Part shown: positions 48,255 through 60,141 of the stretch, one piece after another
How positions within the stretch are numbered: position 1 is the first letter of the stretch
How the letters are laid out: each line of letters starts with the position of its first letter
NCBI GenBank assembly: GCA_022813865.1
Contig: JALDZX010000018.1
Coordinates: 310,001 to 374,000, forward strand
Origin: Xylographa opegraphella
Lineage: Eukaryota
Length of the DNA stretch: 64,000 nt
Direction: 5' to 3'
Notes under the pieces: model-generated
The model's input: the letters and a program-made list of their open reading frames with translations, nothing else
Databases searched by the model: none
What the model was told of the DNA's origin: nothing
Program-made: the position numbers and the translations under genes

Positions 48255-49217
48255 CTACTGAATTCTTTCCCCAAGCGGATCACCAAATTCCTGTTCCATA
48301 ATAACAGTAAAAACCATGCGTCTCGTGTTAGGTACCACCAACTGACGTGTCCGTTCGTTGAGAACAGGTTCTTCGAGGACAGCTTCGACTCTCCATTTTG
48401 TACCGGTCAGCAGCCCAACTTCGCCCCAAAAACCTGTCCAGCTCTCGATATTGTGGTGATAAGCCATTGGTCCTCCGTCTGGAACTGTATAATCTCCGGA
48501 ATGGAGATTGGCGGCTTGATGGCCAAAGATCCAGCACCCTTTTTGTGGACGAAGACGCTCTACCAAATACCTAGCCATATGGAGTTGATAGACCCTCATA
48601 TAGCTCCCAAAAAATCCAGCCACATGGATCAGTTGACATTTTCCGGCAAGAAGAGACAACTTGTGAATCTGGTTCCGGACATCCCCTACTATGAACGTTT
48701 TGCTCAAACTTCGATGGTCTCGAAAAAGGTCCCATCCAAGGATGGTGTGCCGTTTGTCGAAGTTCAAGCCATAAATGTTCTTTATGACGACTCCATCACT
48801 AACAAGCTGGCGAATGTTTTGCCCGAGGCCGCAGTCGAAGTCAAGCAACACTTCGTCCCTATAAATGCGCCCAAGGATTTCCTTATACTTCGGGTGATGG
48901 TTGATGGATATGCCGAGGAAGTGAAGATTCCCGAAGTACGGGTTCGGAAAGAGTTCGAAGCATTGCAATCGCTGATCGCAGTATATGTTAGAGAGACTGA
49001 TGAGTAGGGAAAGAGAATATGTAGCCAATATCGCGCGAACATAGCAAAAGAAGTCTCTTACTATTTCCTCAATGTGGGGGACAACTTGATCAGGAGCGAT
49101 GCTTGAGTAGCTCTCCAACAATTTCCGTGTAGATGGGGCGAGGGACTTCGAAACATCAAACCACCGTCCTTCTGAGATAGCAATACTCACGGTATGACTG
49201 TTAACGAGGCCGGGCAT
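48255..49217 (-). CDS. Divergent class I SAM-dependent methyltransferase (AusD/Trt5-like family)
   Basis: RKLLESYS, LLDFDCGLGQNIRQLVSDG, GWDLFRD, YHHNIESWTGFWGEVG; in-frame intron 48972-49061. Confidence 0.75.
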   Translation of the reverse strand: MPGLVNSHTVSIAISEGRWFDVSKSLAPSTRKLLESYSSIAPDQVVPHIEEIVRDFFCYVRAILATYSLSLLISLSNIYCDQRLQCFELFPNPYFGNLHFLGISINHHPKYKEILGRIYRDEVLLDFDCGLGQNIRQLVSDGVVIKNIYGLNFDKRHTILGWDLFRDHRSLSKTFIVGDVRNQIHKLSLLAGKCQLIHVAGFFGSYMRVYQLHMARYLVERLRPQKGCWIFGHQAANLHSGDYTVPDGGPMAYHHNIESWTGFWGEVGLLTGTKWRVEAVLEEPVLNERTRQLVVPNTRRMVFTVIMEQEFGDPLGERIQ

Positions 49218-50183
49218 TACGAAGCTCGAAATGCAATTCGCAAACAATCGACAAATGAATCCACCATAGGTTGGACGAAACGAGTACGGAAAGTCGAGAA
49301 GTAGTACCAGTTCAGTTTTCAATAACAGTGCCAACAAAGCTGCCGGTGTTAGAGAAGCAGGAATAAGATGATTTAAGAGTCAGTGTGCTTATAAGAGATG
49401 AAGGATTGAATCATTTCTACTGTACCAAAGAAGACAAAGGTATGATCAGATTGAGAATGTTAACGTTTTCTGAGAAAGACCACCATGATGCATCGCGGCT
49501 GCCATGGTGCCATTTTAGCAAAGTAATGACAATTTTTTTCAAATTTAAGTTTCCAAGCAGGTCTCGCAATGACCTCCTTTACCTTCTTGTGGACTTTGAA
49601 CCTTCCCTCAAGCTCCAAAGAAGCAGCTACGATATCAACCGACTAAACATGATAAACTTAAAGTGATTGAAGTACGTATGATTTCGCCGGCTAGGCCGAG
49701 ACGATTGCCTACCCACGCAAGCAACGTGAGATGCCAAGCGCTGGCCACCTTTCACAGCAGCTTTCTGTGGTGGGTAGATGTCGGACTAGGCTGGTTGCTT
49801 GCGGATCATCTATAAGTATGGTACGGAGTATCAGAAACAAAATGTCAAACCGATAATTCCAACAAATTTGAATCCCAATACAGCCTTGCGCTTGGACCTA
49901 TCCAAAAGGTATCACAACTCCTTCGAGACTTGTGACAATGGTAGATCGGGCCTTCATTTGAGTGTAGGCAGTTGCAACATATTTGTTCTGGTTATAATCT
50001 AGAGTACAAGATTCCATATCTTGTGCTTCTGTGCTCAATGGCGCAGGGTCGTGGGCGATGAAACGTCATAACCACGTCGAATTCTCAGGAAACGCCATCA
50101 TGCTCAGCCAAGAGCTGCATGTTGTGATGGTGGCAATTGAAAATATAATTCTATATATTTTTTGCAGCCTCTCGTGATTCTCA

Positions 50184-50982
50184 ATGCCTATTGCAGTGAT
50201 AACAGGAGCCAATTCTGGCATCGGTAATGCTCTAACCACACTCTTGGTCGGCGAGGTTAGGAAGACCTCCGCCTAACCATCTGAGACCTTTGCTGCTGAC
50301 CGGATCAAGGAATACGAAGTCTATGCTTGCGACATCCATATCTCACCTTCCCTCGGGTCTAGTGGCGCGCATCTCGTAACTCTCGATGTTACGGACGGAT
50401 CGTCTGTAGCCTCACTAAAGAGCAGATTGAATGATTCCCCACTCGATATTCTGTTCAACCTCGCAGGTAGATATCTCCATATTCTCCTTTCAAGATTTGC
50501 CTTATCTCAATATCGTATTCCTAGGTATCATGCCCCCGCAATCCGAAGACTCCCTAGAGGCCATTACCTCTTCCATCCTACTCCGTACCTTCTCGACCAA
50601 CGCATTTGGGCCACTTTTGCTCACACAAGCTCTCCTCCCCAATCTTCTCGCTTCTCAATCTCCCAGAGTCTACAATGTCTCCTCGCGCGTCGGCTCCATT
50701 ACCGACAACTCCTCCGGCGGAGCATATGCTTACCGCTCTAGCAAGGCGGCATTGAATGCCGTCTCAAAATCAATGGCTGTGGATCTGAAGGACAAGGGTG
50801 TCATAGTACTGATATTGCATCCCGGAATAGTCAAGACGGGATTGGACCCCACCAGCCACAAACTGGAAGCCGCGGTAGAGGCCGGGGTGGCGGCGAAAGA
50901 ATTATGGGAGGTATGTAAGTCAAAGGACATGGAAGCAAGTGGTAAGTTCTGGCATCGGACTGGGGAGGAGCTGCCTTGGTGA
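50184..50982 (+). CDS. Short-chain dehydrogenase/reductase (C-factor/CsgA-like)
   Basis: VITGANSGIG, NLAG, SSRVGSI, YRSSKAALN, LHPGIVKT; two introns. Confidence 0.9.
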
Positions 50983-51315
50983 CAAGGGGCAATGTGTTTT
51001 GATATAGTCGTATGAGACGTAGAGGGATCATTGGAATCATTGCACTGACTTTGGCAAACACAAATACCCACTCATCTAGACGTGAAAAATCGTAAGTTAA
51101 TGATTATACTACAGTCCGAGTCACGAGCTCACCTATCATCTCAATAGTATAGATCTCTACTATTAACCCAACGCTATGACACTTGCCGGGTCTTTGAACG
51201 ACGTCGTCGCTTCGGTCTTCTACACTGCTTTGATTTTCTTGATGCTTTCGACTCCATGACATGCGGGACGTCTGTGCCCACTTTGCCTAAGGAGGCTCAT
51301 TACCCAATAGTCACG

Positions 51316-51549
51316 ACGCGTTGACGGGCCAAGCATCAACCAACCACGGGGCTATCACTGAAGCCAATATGCCTTAGAAAACGTTTCGCTGGCACAAATC
51401 GCTATTATCATCCTTCAACTAGATAGTAGAGGACGGACCCGCGCTATATTTCAGAACCCCAACGTAGTATTGAAAGATTGATAATTGAAGTCCCTTGATC
51501 ATTGCTAGCAACTTAGCGCGTAAGATAGGGCAAGTCTCAAGTGACGCGT
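51316..51549. promoter_or_regulatory. Two perfect MCB hexamers upstream of the kinesin gene
   Basis: ACGCGT at 51316-51321 and 51544-51549. Confidence 0.4.
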
Positions 51550-51722
51550 TGCCGGCGCTAAGTCGGTAAGAGTTAGACTTGCCGAAAAGGCGAACCTTGT
51601 GTCGATCATTGTTTACTCTGGGAACTTTGGAAGCCACGACAAACGCAGCAGAATGAATGTATGCATCGCAACGTCTCCGGTTCAGAGTGATCTTGTTTGA
51701 AGTGCAAGAGCTCCTCGAAGAT

Positions 51723-53676
51723 ATGGCCCTTGATGCGAGAGCCTTTCCTGGTGTCGCCGCAGATGTGAGACCTAAGTCGTCTGCTTCGTCGCCGTCTTTG
51801 CGCTCCCGGGAGTCCGAGATCATCACCATGGGCAGGAGCACGCCGGACAATGGTGGAGGTAATGTCAGAGTTGTGGTGAGAGTTAGAGGGTTTCTACCAC
51901 GAGGTAATCTTTACATAACACTATGAACGACTTATATTAATATCTAACACAGAGATTGAACGGGGCGCAGAATGTCTCATAGAGATGAATCCTGATACAC
52001 AGGGAACAAAGCTTTTGATACCCAGCGGCAACGATCCGGCAAATACTCGATCGCAAAGCCGAAAAGTCTTTGAAGAGAAGAACTTCACTTTCGACAATTC
52101 CTTTTGGTCTCACGACATGGCGGACGCACACTACGCCCATCAAGAGGATATCTACAATGCGCTTGGTGAGGAGTTTCTCGACCACAATTTCGAAGGATAT
52201 CATACTTGTATCTTTGCATATGGTCAGACTGGCTCTGGAAAGTCTTACACTATGATGGGTACACCGACACAGCCAGGTCTCATTCCAAGGACATGTGAAG
52301 ATTTGTTTCAGCGAATAGAGTCCAGCACTTCGCCCCACGTCTCTTATACTGTACGCGTTTCCTACTTCGAAGTCTACAACGAGCATGTCCGTGACCTCCT
52401 CACTCCGTCTCGCCCCACGAATTCAGACCATCCATATTATCTCAAAATCCGAGAGCATCCAATTGAGGGCCCTTACGTCAAAGACCTGACAGACCTCCCA
52501 GTTAGAAACTACCTTGAGCTTCTAAGATATATGCGTATCGGTGATGCTTCTCGAACTACCGCTTCTACCAAAATGAATGACACTTCCTCTCGCTCTCACG
52601 CTGTCTTTACCATTATGCTCAAACAAATACACCATGATCTATCCACGGATTCGACTACTGAACGTCTCGCTCGCATTCGCTTGGTCGATCTTGCCGGCAG
52701 CGAGCGTGCTAAATCTACTGAAGCAACCGGCGCCCGGCTGAGGGAAGGCAGTAACATCAACAAATCTCTCACAACCCTGGGTCGTGTGATTGCCGCACTT
52801 GCTGATCCTCGACATGGCCGTGTTCACAATGGTGGCAAAGGAAGGAGTAAGGACGTAGTGCCATACCGAGACTCTATTCTCACCTGGCTGTTGAAAGACA
52901 GCTTAGGCGGCAACAGCAAAACCGCCATGATAGCCTGCATCGCCCCTTCTGACTACGACGAAACGCTCTCAACCCTCCGCTATGCCGACCAAGCCAAGAA
53001 TATCCGTACACGTGCCATTGTCAATCAAGACTCTGTCTCCGCAGCTGAGCGAGACGCTCAGATCGCAGAGATGCAGAACACGATTCGGGAGCTGCAAATT
53101 CAGGTCTCGCTGGCCAATCAAGTTGCCAACGAAACTCAGAAAACGAAGAGCACTACTCATGCAGCTGTAGGAGGTCAACGAGACGAGAAGCTCGAGGAAT
53201 ATCAGATCAAAGTAGAGCGTATGCAACGGCTCATGGAAGAAGAGCGGCTGGTCGGGGAAAGCAAGATTAGACAGTTGATGGAGCAGAATGACGCCTTGCG
53301 ATTGCATCTCAAACTAGCAGTTGAGAGTCTGAAGAACCCCATTCCTACCATGGCAATCCCTCCAGGCCCTCAATCGCGAAGTGTTAGTGGCTCGAGCTTC
53401 GAGGCTAGATCGAGGACCACTCCAATACAAGAAGGGCAGAAGGAGAACCGTGAGCCGTCTCCGGAAACAGAGCCCGAGGAGGTGCATGAGGATCATGCAG
53501 ACGAAGATATGGTAGATGCGGACGAGGATGAGGCACTACAAATGCAAGCACACATGGAAGAGCTACTGAAAGATCTCGGTTTATTCAGGAGGAAGATTGC
53601 CGATGATCATCAAAGATTTGGGATCGGGACGGGAATGAAGCGGAAACAGCCTTTACATGAGGTACAAGTGAACTGA
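51723..53676 (+). CDS. uncB: Short kinesin-3 family motor (UncB/Nkin3-like)
   Basis: NVRVVVRVR, FAYGQTGSGKS, SSRSH, LVDLAGSER, VPYRDS, short coiled-coil tail without FHA/PH; intron 51904-51952. Confidence 0.88.
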
Positions 53677-53842
53677 GTTATGCAATGAACACAATCAAGT
53701 GAAATGGACACAAGGAGCTGGATAGAGATGACCATAGTATTTCTGGTTCTTAGCATAGGCGCCCTGGCGCATGGCATATATCTGTAGTTCTCCACGATTC
53801 AACTTTAGGCGACACCATACAATCCTGGTCAGTGCTTCCACC

Positions 53843-56579
53843 TCACCGCTTCGGCCGCAATGTCTTGATGAGTCGCTCTAATTCCAGCACCACGCCTCGA
53901 TCTCCTGCCTTTTCTTTCAATCTCTCCAGACCCTCCACATCCTTCACCTTCACTAGTTCCTCCCCGGCCTTGCCCACCATGCCGCACTTCACCCACATCT
54001 CACTTCGTTCCTGCGCTGTCAAGCCCGTGCACTTCCCCACAAACACCCCCGCCAGCTTTGTATTCCCCGCACCCAGCACGGCATTGAAGTATGGCTCCCA
54101 CGCGATGGCGCTCCTGCGCGTTTTGGACAGCTCCTCCAGCTCGCCCCAGTTCCGCGCCGCCACGAGCGCGCGCAGCCGGATCCACGCGAAGGACTTCTCC
54201 GACATGTGGAAGTCAGACTGGATCTTGAGCGCGCGCTTCGAGTAGCCGGTGCGGATGAGGGTGTGTAGCGTGGCGTTGAGCGAGAGGCCGATGTAGGCGG
54301 CGTCCAGGTCACGGGAGAGAGCGTCCTGCACCCGGAGCAAGGACTGCGCGTCGGCGAGGGCGCGCTGGTGAAAGATGGCGGCGGGGTCTTTGGAGTCAGC
54401 GAGGGTTTTGGCGGCGAGTTTGAGCTTGTCGAGTTTTTGCGGAGTGGTGGACTGGGCAAGAGCGGAGGAGAGAAGGAGGTTGGAGGAAGGGAGCAGGCGG
54501 TCGTCTTGGTAATAAAGGTCTTTGAGGAGGGGGACATCATTGGCGGCGGCGGAGGACTCGACGAGTGCGGAGGCGAGGGGCCGCGCGGAGAGCAAGCGAA
54601 AGAAGGACGCAAGGGGAAGTTTGGATTTGAGATGCAGGAGAACGAAGAAGATGAGGTCGGTGTCGCCGCTTTCGATGGCTTTGTCGAGGGCAAGGGTATC
54701 TTCTTCCATGGAGAGCAGAAGTGGGACTTGTTTGCCCGCACGAGGCTCGTGGTTCAGAAGCTGTGTTGCGAGATGGGCACGTCCTTCATCGTAGGCGGCG
54801 CGTGCGATGGTGTCGAAAGAGACACCGCGCTTGGACGCGAGCTTGGCGACCACTGCGGCGCAGATAGTGTCTTCGTCCGCGGCTGAAGTACGGACTTTCT
54901 GGGTGGCCCAGTGTACGTATATCTTATCAGTAGGGAGACGGAGGTACTCGGAGACGCGGATGGCGAGGAGATACTCTTGGCGGTTGATGAGGCGTTGGAT
55001 GAGTTTTACCGGGGTGAGGCGAAGGTATTCATCGTAGGAAATAGATAGGCCGATACGGTAGTCGCGGACGGCGTTGAGGACGCGCAGGGTTTCGCACATG
55101 TTGACGAAATCGTCGCTGTTGTAGAGGTCGAGGACAGATTTGCCAAATGAGGCAGCTTTGAGGAGCTGCTTTTGCCAGTGGGAACTGTATTCGTGGCCTG
55201 CGGCACGAATACACATGTCGATAGCTTCGTCAAGGTTTGCGCGGATGAGCTTGATGTTGTCATCCGCTTTCGGTGACTTCTTTTCGAGTTGGTCAACAGC
55301 GTCAAGGAGAACTGATGCTGGGGCGGTAGAGCTGAGCTTGAAGACCTCTTCTGTGTCCTCTGTACAGGTTTGAGTATGTCCGAAAGTATTGAATGTCCAG
55401 AAAGGTCTTACCAGGTACTTTCTGTAGAAACTCGCAGACATCGTTAGTGATCAAGCGGACACCATCAATATCAGCTAGGAGATGGACCCATCCATCGTAA
55501 TAGTACCTAATATCCTGTTAGTCTTGCGAAACGAAATCGCTGGGAACCTCGCCTACTTCAAAGCGGCACCATTGGGTCCGACCATGTGAACTTCATCTTC
55601 CCAAGCAAGAACTACGGAGTTGTTGCCACACCACTGCACATCCTTCGGCACAGTCTTGGCCTTGGAGTCGTACTCACTTAGTTTCTTTTGAAAGTCGCTG
55701 CTGATGACCCAAACCTTGCCATCTTCGGTATAAAGTGTGACGAATTGGCCGTTTGGAGAAACACTGACATGCTTAAAGGGGCCGTCTTGCAAGATTCGAT
55801 CTTCAGCGTCGGAGTTATCCACGACATATATTGTCTTGTCCACCGCCAGCAGGACTTCGACAGATCTGGAGAGTGTATAAACCGGCGGTATTAGACTCCA
55901 CGAATGGATGGTACCATCCGGCGGTATAGCAAGTAATTTTGGCCGTGGTTCAGTATAATGAGAGACCGCGATCAGCTGATTGTTGGAAAGCATTGCCACA
56001 AACCCGGTAGACCAAAATCGGCAAGAAGTGACTCCGTGTTCCTCCGCACCCTATTTCTTGAGACATTAGAAAGAAACTATCGACGTACACTCATTACACT
56101 CACATTTCCCAATGAAAATTGAGTGAAATCTCCTTGCAGGTCATAATAACACCTCACTGAACCATCCTTGGTCACGATTATTAGCTTTTCGTCTTCCGAC
56201 CAGCCAAGCCCCTTTATAGAGCCTTTATCCCACTGAGAGTAGCAATCAGCAAACATGCAGGAGCATTATGTATATGAGCATTATACTTTAATTCGCCTAA
56301 TGAGCCTTCCCGAACAACTATAGACATCGATGCTGGTTTTCGCGGCCTGGCTACCCCGGTACGTATGTATTTTGTCTTCGTCTCGGCATAGCGCTTGATC
56401 TCTTAATCATCGTGGTCTTCATTTTCGTGAACCAACGTACCAATTGCACCGCCGTAAGGGGCTCCGGCGATCACGTAGTTCTCTAGCTCAAGGTCCTGGT
56501 CGAAGACGGCATCATAGAGCTTGACCTTTCGGTAGAATCTATCCCCAACCCTCTCCCAATCAGCCCTCGGATTTGCCAT
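53843..56579 (-). CDS. VPS16: HOPS/CORVET subunit Vps16
   Basis: MANPRADW, APYGGAI, VSPNG, QKQLLKAASFGK, QVPLLL, AIESGDTDL; multiple introns. Confidence 0.95.
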
Positions 56580-56887
56580 TACTTATCTTGAGCCTGCCAT
56601 CGAATATTTTCATTATTGACTCACGAAGAGTAACTCCAATAAGTGTTTACGGTATGGTAGTCCGATGACATGGTGTCACAATCTCAGCGGAATTATGTTA
56701 CGCCGCGCGGGTAGGGCGTAGTAGTCTTGATAGCAAACATCACCTGTCGAACTGTAGTATCCCATGTCACCATCACGACGAAAGTGATGAGCGTCTGGAA
56801 CGGTGCGAATATCCATGATTGCGCACAGTTCTAGAGAGCTGATGCAATACTTTGCACCGATAACCGAGTTACCAGATCACCCGAAGC

Positions 56888-58468
56888 ATGGAGGATGAGG
56901 GCATTCTGTCCAAGGTCCAGGATCTGACCGATGTTGAGCTTGCTTTATTACTGTGTCTCGTGGCAAATCAGCATTGTATCGTCGAGACCATTGATGAGGC
57001 TGTGGATAGACTCGAAGATGAGATACAGCTGGTATGAACCACACCGATGAACTGCCAGCAGTACGCATCGCTGACCGATGTCGGCTGAAACAGATAGCTT
57101 CCAATGTCTTTGGTCTTTCTGTTGCCGTGGTCCAATGCTCTCGAGATACAACCCTGGAGGATTTCAGTTCTGATATCCTGATTTCAGATCAGACAACGAC
57201 GCACGACGATCCTGTAAGAGTTCATCGGGACATTCTTCTTGCGCCTCTCTACTCCTCAGACGTCTAATCATTATTTTACTCCTCGTCTCGTCTACCACCT
57301 GTGATATGCATTCGGCCCGTATCTGCCGCAATGCTCCATTCTAATGGCTGTGATACTCACCGTATCTCTGTTTTGCGTCTTTCCTATGATGTTTCTTGCT
57401 TCGTTACTCAAAAAGATCTTCAGTGCTTATCGTACATTGCGTACATTGCATCGATATGTACCTTCCTAACACTGATGATCTCAAGAATTCTAAAAAGAAC
57501 CGCAAAAACTCTCTGTACAGACATGAGATGTCATCAACGCGCGAAGAAAGCCGACTGCCAAATGTAATCATTGCCAGCAATCTTAGCTTGGCCGTTCATC
57601 AGGTTCAGATCCAAGCCCTTGAGGTATGCTTGTCAACCTACTCTTTGTGCAGGATCTAAGAACATTGTAGCTGCTTCGTACCGGGCGTATTTTCACACAT
57701 ACAGCTGTCTATTCGGTTCCGAAACCTTTTCTCCTAGTTTTATTAGACGTGGCATCTGGTACACCATTAGTCAAACATCTTGTATAGAATTTCCCTTGCT
57801 TGATTACTTTTCCTCTTACCTCTAGGTAGAATGATCATGTGTTCTTATCCCATTACCACGATCCGGAAGATGGCTTCGCCAACATCGAAGAAGGTTCCGA
57901 ATGGATTGAGGATGATCGGGCCTCTCTCTCCTCCGTTGTACACAAATCCGTTGCGAGAAATCATATCAATAATCCTTTAATCGACTTGGAGGTGAGGTCC
58001 AGGTGTATCCGATAATGTTCCCTTTGGCTCATTCGAGCTGTAGAACATTGAACTCCTCAGCTATCGAAGTCGTTCTACCAAAGTCAGCGTTGAAGTCAAG
58101 CGCTATCTTCATGATATAATTACGTTTTTGAGACGTCACCACGCTGTCGCCAGTGGAATAACTCCTCTCGCTTCAAAGCACTTTGAGCTTCTTGCCAGGT
58201 GACTATCTCGATTCTCGAAAAAGATCCGGGCTTATTCACCGACTACAGGTCCCTCGCTCCTGTGCACGGTCTAGACTTTGTGACGCCGTCGCTGGTTCAG
58301 TTAGCCGCAAGGAAGGTGTACAGGCACCGAATCGTCATTGTCGAGCCTGAGGACGAGCGAAGCATGCAGTATGGGAGTGATCTGGCAGCCGTCAGAGCAC
58401 TGCTTGAGAGTCTGACTCCCGATAGGGTGATTGAAGAAGTATTGGAGAGTATTGAAGTTCCATTGTAA
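56888..58468 (+). CDS. Mtc2-like / magnesium-chelatase-like (degenerate AAA) protein
   Basis: LTDVELALLLCLVANQHCIV, VQIQALE|LLRT, DHVFLSH, FLRRHHAVASGI, FVTPSLVQLAARKVYRHRI; about 7 exons. Confidence 0.75.
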
Positions 58469-58684
58469 TGGGCAGTCGTTATATATGATGTGCCTTATAT
58501 ATGATGTGCGTTATATATCATATAAGTTAACGAGCCTCCGTATCGAGCGCCGCCACAATGAGACTAGTCTACAATCTGCTGGCACAAAACTCAACTCCTT
58601 TCTGCAGGTTTCTTCTTTTCTTCTTTTCTTTTTTTCCCTCAGAGACTGAACCACAAACCCACATCCACCATACAGTCACTCACA

Positions 58685-59147
58685 ATGACTTCTCAAGTCT
58701 GGGTTTATTTCGACAATGTAAGTGCATACATCAAGACTTGCAAGCTCTTCTTGCTATGCAGCATCTCCCTTCTTTCGATGATACTTGCACTTGCGATCAC
58801 CAACATCATCCATTGCATTCTTGCACAACACAAAGCTAACCATTCTCCCAGTGCCATGCTCCGCCTCCTGGCTTTCGTTTCGGCCAGTTGGTGGGGGCGC
58901 CGGTCGTTCTCACCTATGACGAACGACAGCGATGGGCCAAGCTCGTCGATTGTTTGTCTTCCCCATATAGTATTAGTGATCTGTGATCACAGTGACATTT
59001 CCACTAACCTTTCACTGTAGTGTACACCTGGATCGACTGCCTCCAGCTGAGGCACGGGCAGGACCACGCAGCAGTCCTTCGGGACTACAACACCTTCCGC
59101 GGCCCGCAAGGGTACCCCACCATGACAAGGTGGTTCTCTCTGAGTAG
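58685..59147 (+). CDS. Putative 64-aa three-exon microprotein (MTSQVWVYFDNCHAPPPGFRFGHVHLDRLPP...HDKVVLSE)
   Basis: Exons 58685-58717, 58852-58886, 59021-59147; donors GTAAGT and GTTGGT, CTAAC branch sites, YAG acceptors; no family recognised. Confidence 0.45.
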
Positions 59148-59890
59148 CAAGTAAATAGTTTCTTCCCAAATAGAGGATTTGGATTATGCTAACAACTACA
59201 TTCAGGCGCGCGCATCTCCGCGCAGAGATCAGGGACCTCACGGTCAGGGCAGGAGTTCAACCATTTATATGGTTGACTCCCATGACGCTTTGACCTAGGC
59301 ATGGTCTACAGTCCTGGTGGCGACGCCAGGGCTGGCTCGATGAAGGTTCCTTCCCACTGTGGTTGGGGCCTGAGGGTTCATCGGCGACGAGTTCGCACTT
59401 CTACGCAGTGCCGATGACAAGTACCTTTCCGCGATAAGCGCGACAAGCGAAACTAAGTCGAACTCATCGTTTGTATGTATAGGTTGCCTTTCTTGTTGAA
59501 CTACGTAGACTATAAATGCACGAGACTCTCATGCTACAGCAGACTATGGTACGAATGCGTGAGACCTGTCTAAAGTCCCTCTTATGCACGTTAAGCTGGC
59601 GGTACAGCTACAGACGACGGTGAAAGTGCGTGATCGTAAAGTTGTCGCGCTTAACACTGCGCTTAACATTACGCCTAACAATGCGCTTAACACCTTGCGA
59701 CACTCTGCGCATGTTACTGTACAACATTTGTGATTCACAGTGATGTTTTGGTGTGAAGCAAACAGCCGCGGTAATGTCGTTAGATTTGCGGTTGTGAGCA
59801 ACACCTGCTTGTTTTCGCTCGATCATGCGCTTAGTGGTGTTTAGGGTTTTTAGTCCGCAACCGACAAGTCGCGGTGACTGTGAAATAAGC
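59021..59890 (+). ncRNA. Unidentified highly structured RNA region (lncRNA or structured 3' UTR), containing intron 59151-59205
   Basis: Dense hairpins with UUCG, GCAA and GCGA tetraloops and long-range helices that close through G-U pairs on the + strand; ends approximate. Confidence 0.55.
59647..59694 (+). repeat. Four tandem 12-mers, consensus GCGCTTAACANT
   Basis: GCGCTTAACACT GCGCTTAACATT ACGCCTAACAAT GCGCTTAACACC. Confidence 0.9.
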
Positions 59891-60141
59891 AAATCTTATA
59901 ATCTAGGGAGATTTGTACTCGTGGTTGTGTATTCTACGGTATTGCCTCTTGCTGAAGTCTTGAATTCTGCTACGGGCAGAGGGTCAAACCGGTGATCGTG
60001 CGACCAATACAGTAGCTTTTAAAAGTCATTCTATACTTTTGGTTATTTCCTACATGATCAGCGATACGATACCGATGGCTTTTATGATTGCTTCCTATCA
60101 ACCGCCCATAAATCTACTCCACGCCCCTCCCCCATCCCTCC

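Noticed and set aside
58887..59020. TPP riboswitch in the structured intron
   Set aside because: Lacks the CTGAGA and GATC...TAAT...GCG aptamer motifs
59647..59694. CRISPR-like array
   Set aside because: Eukaryotic locus, 12-nt tandem units without unique spacers, no cas genes
59540..59860. Group I intron core (GACTA...TAGTC as P7)
   Set aside because: No recognisable P/Q elements or AAGATA before TAGTC, and TAGTC has competing local partners
58640..59900. Telomerase RNA as identity of the structured locus
   Set aside because: No TAACCCTAA-type template on the structured (+) strand; the only TTAGGG (59841) is the wrong sense and lies in a helix; no P6.1-like element seen
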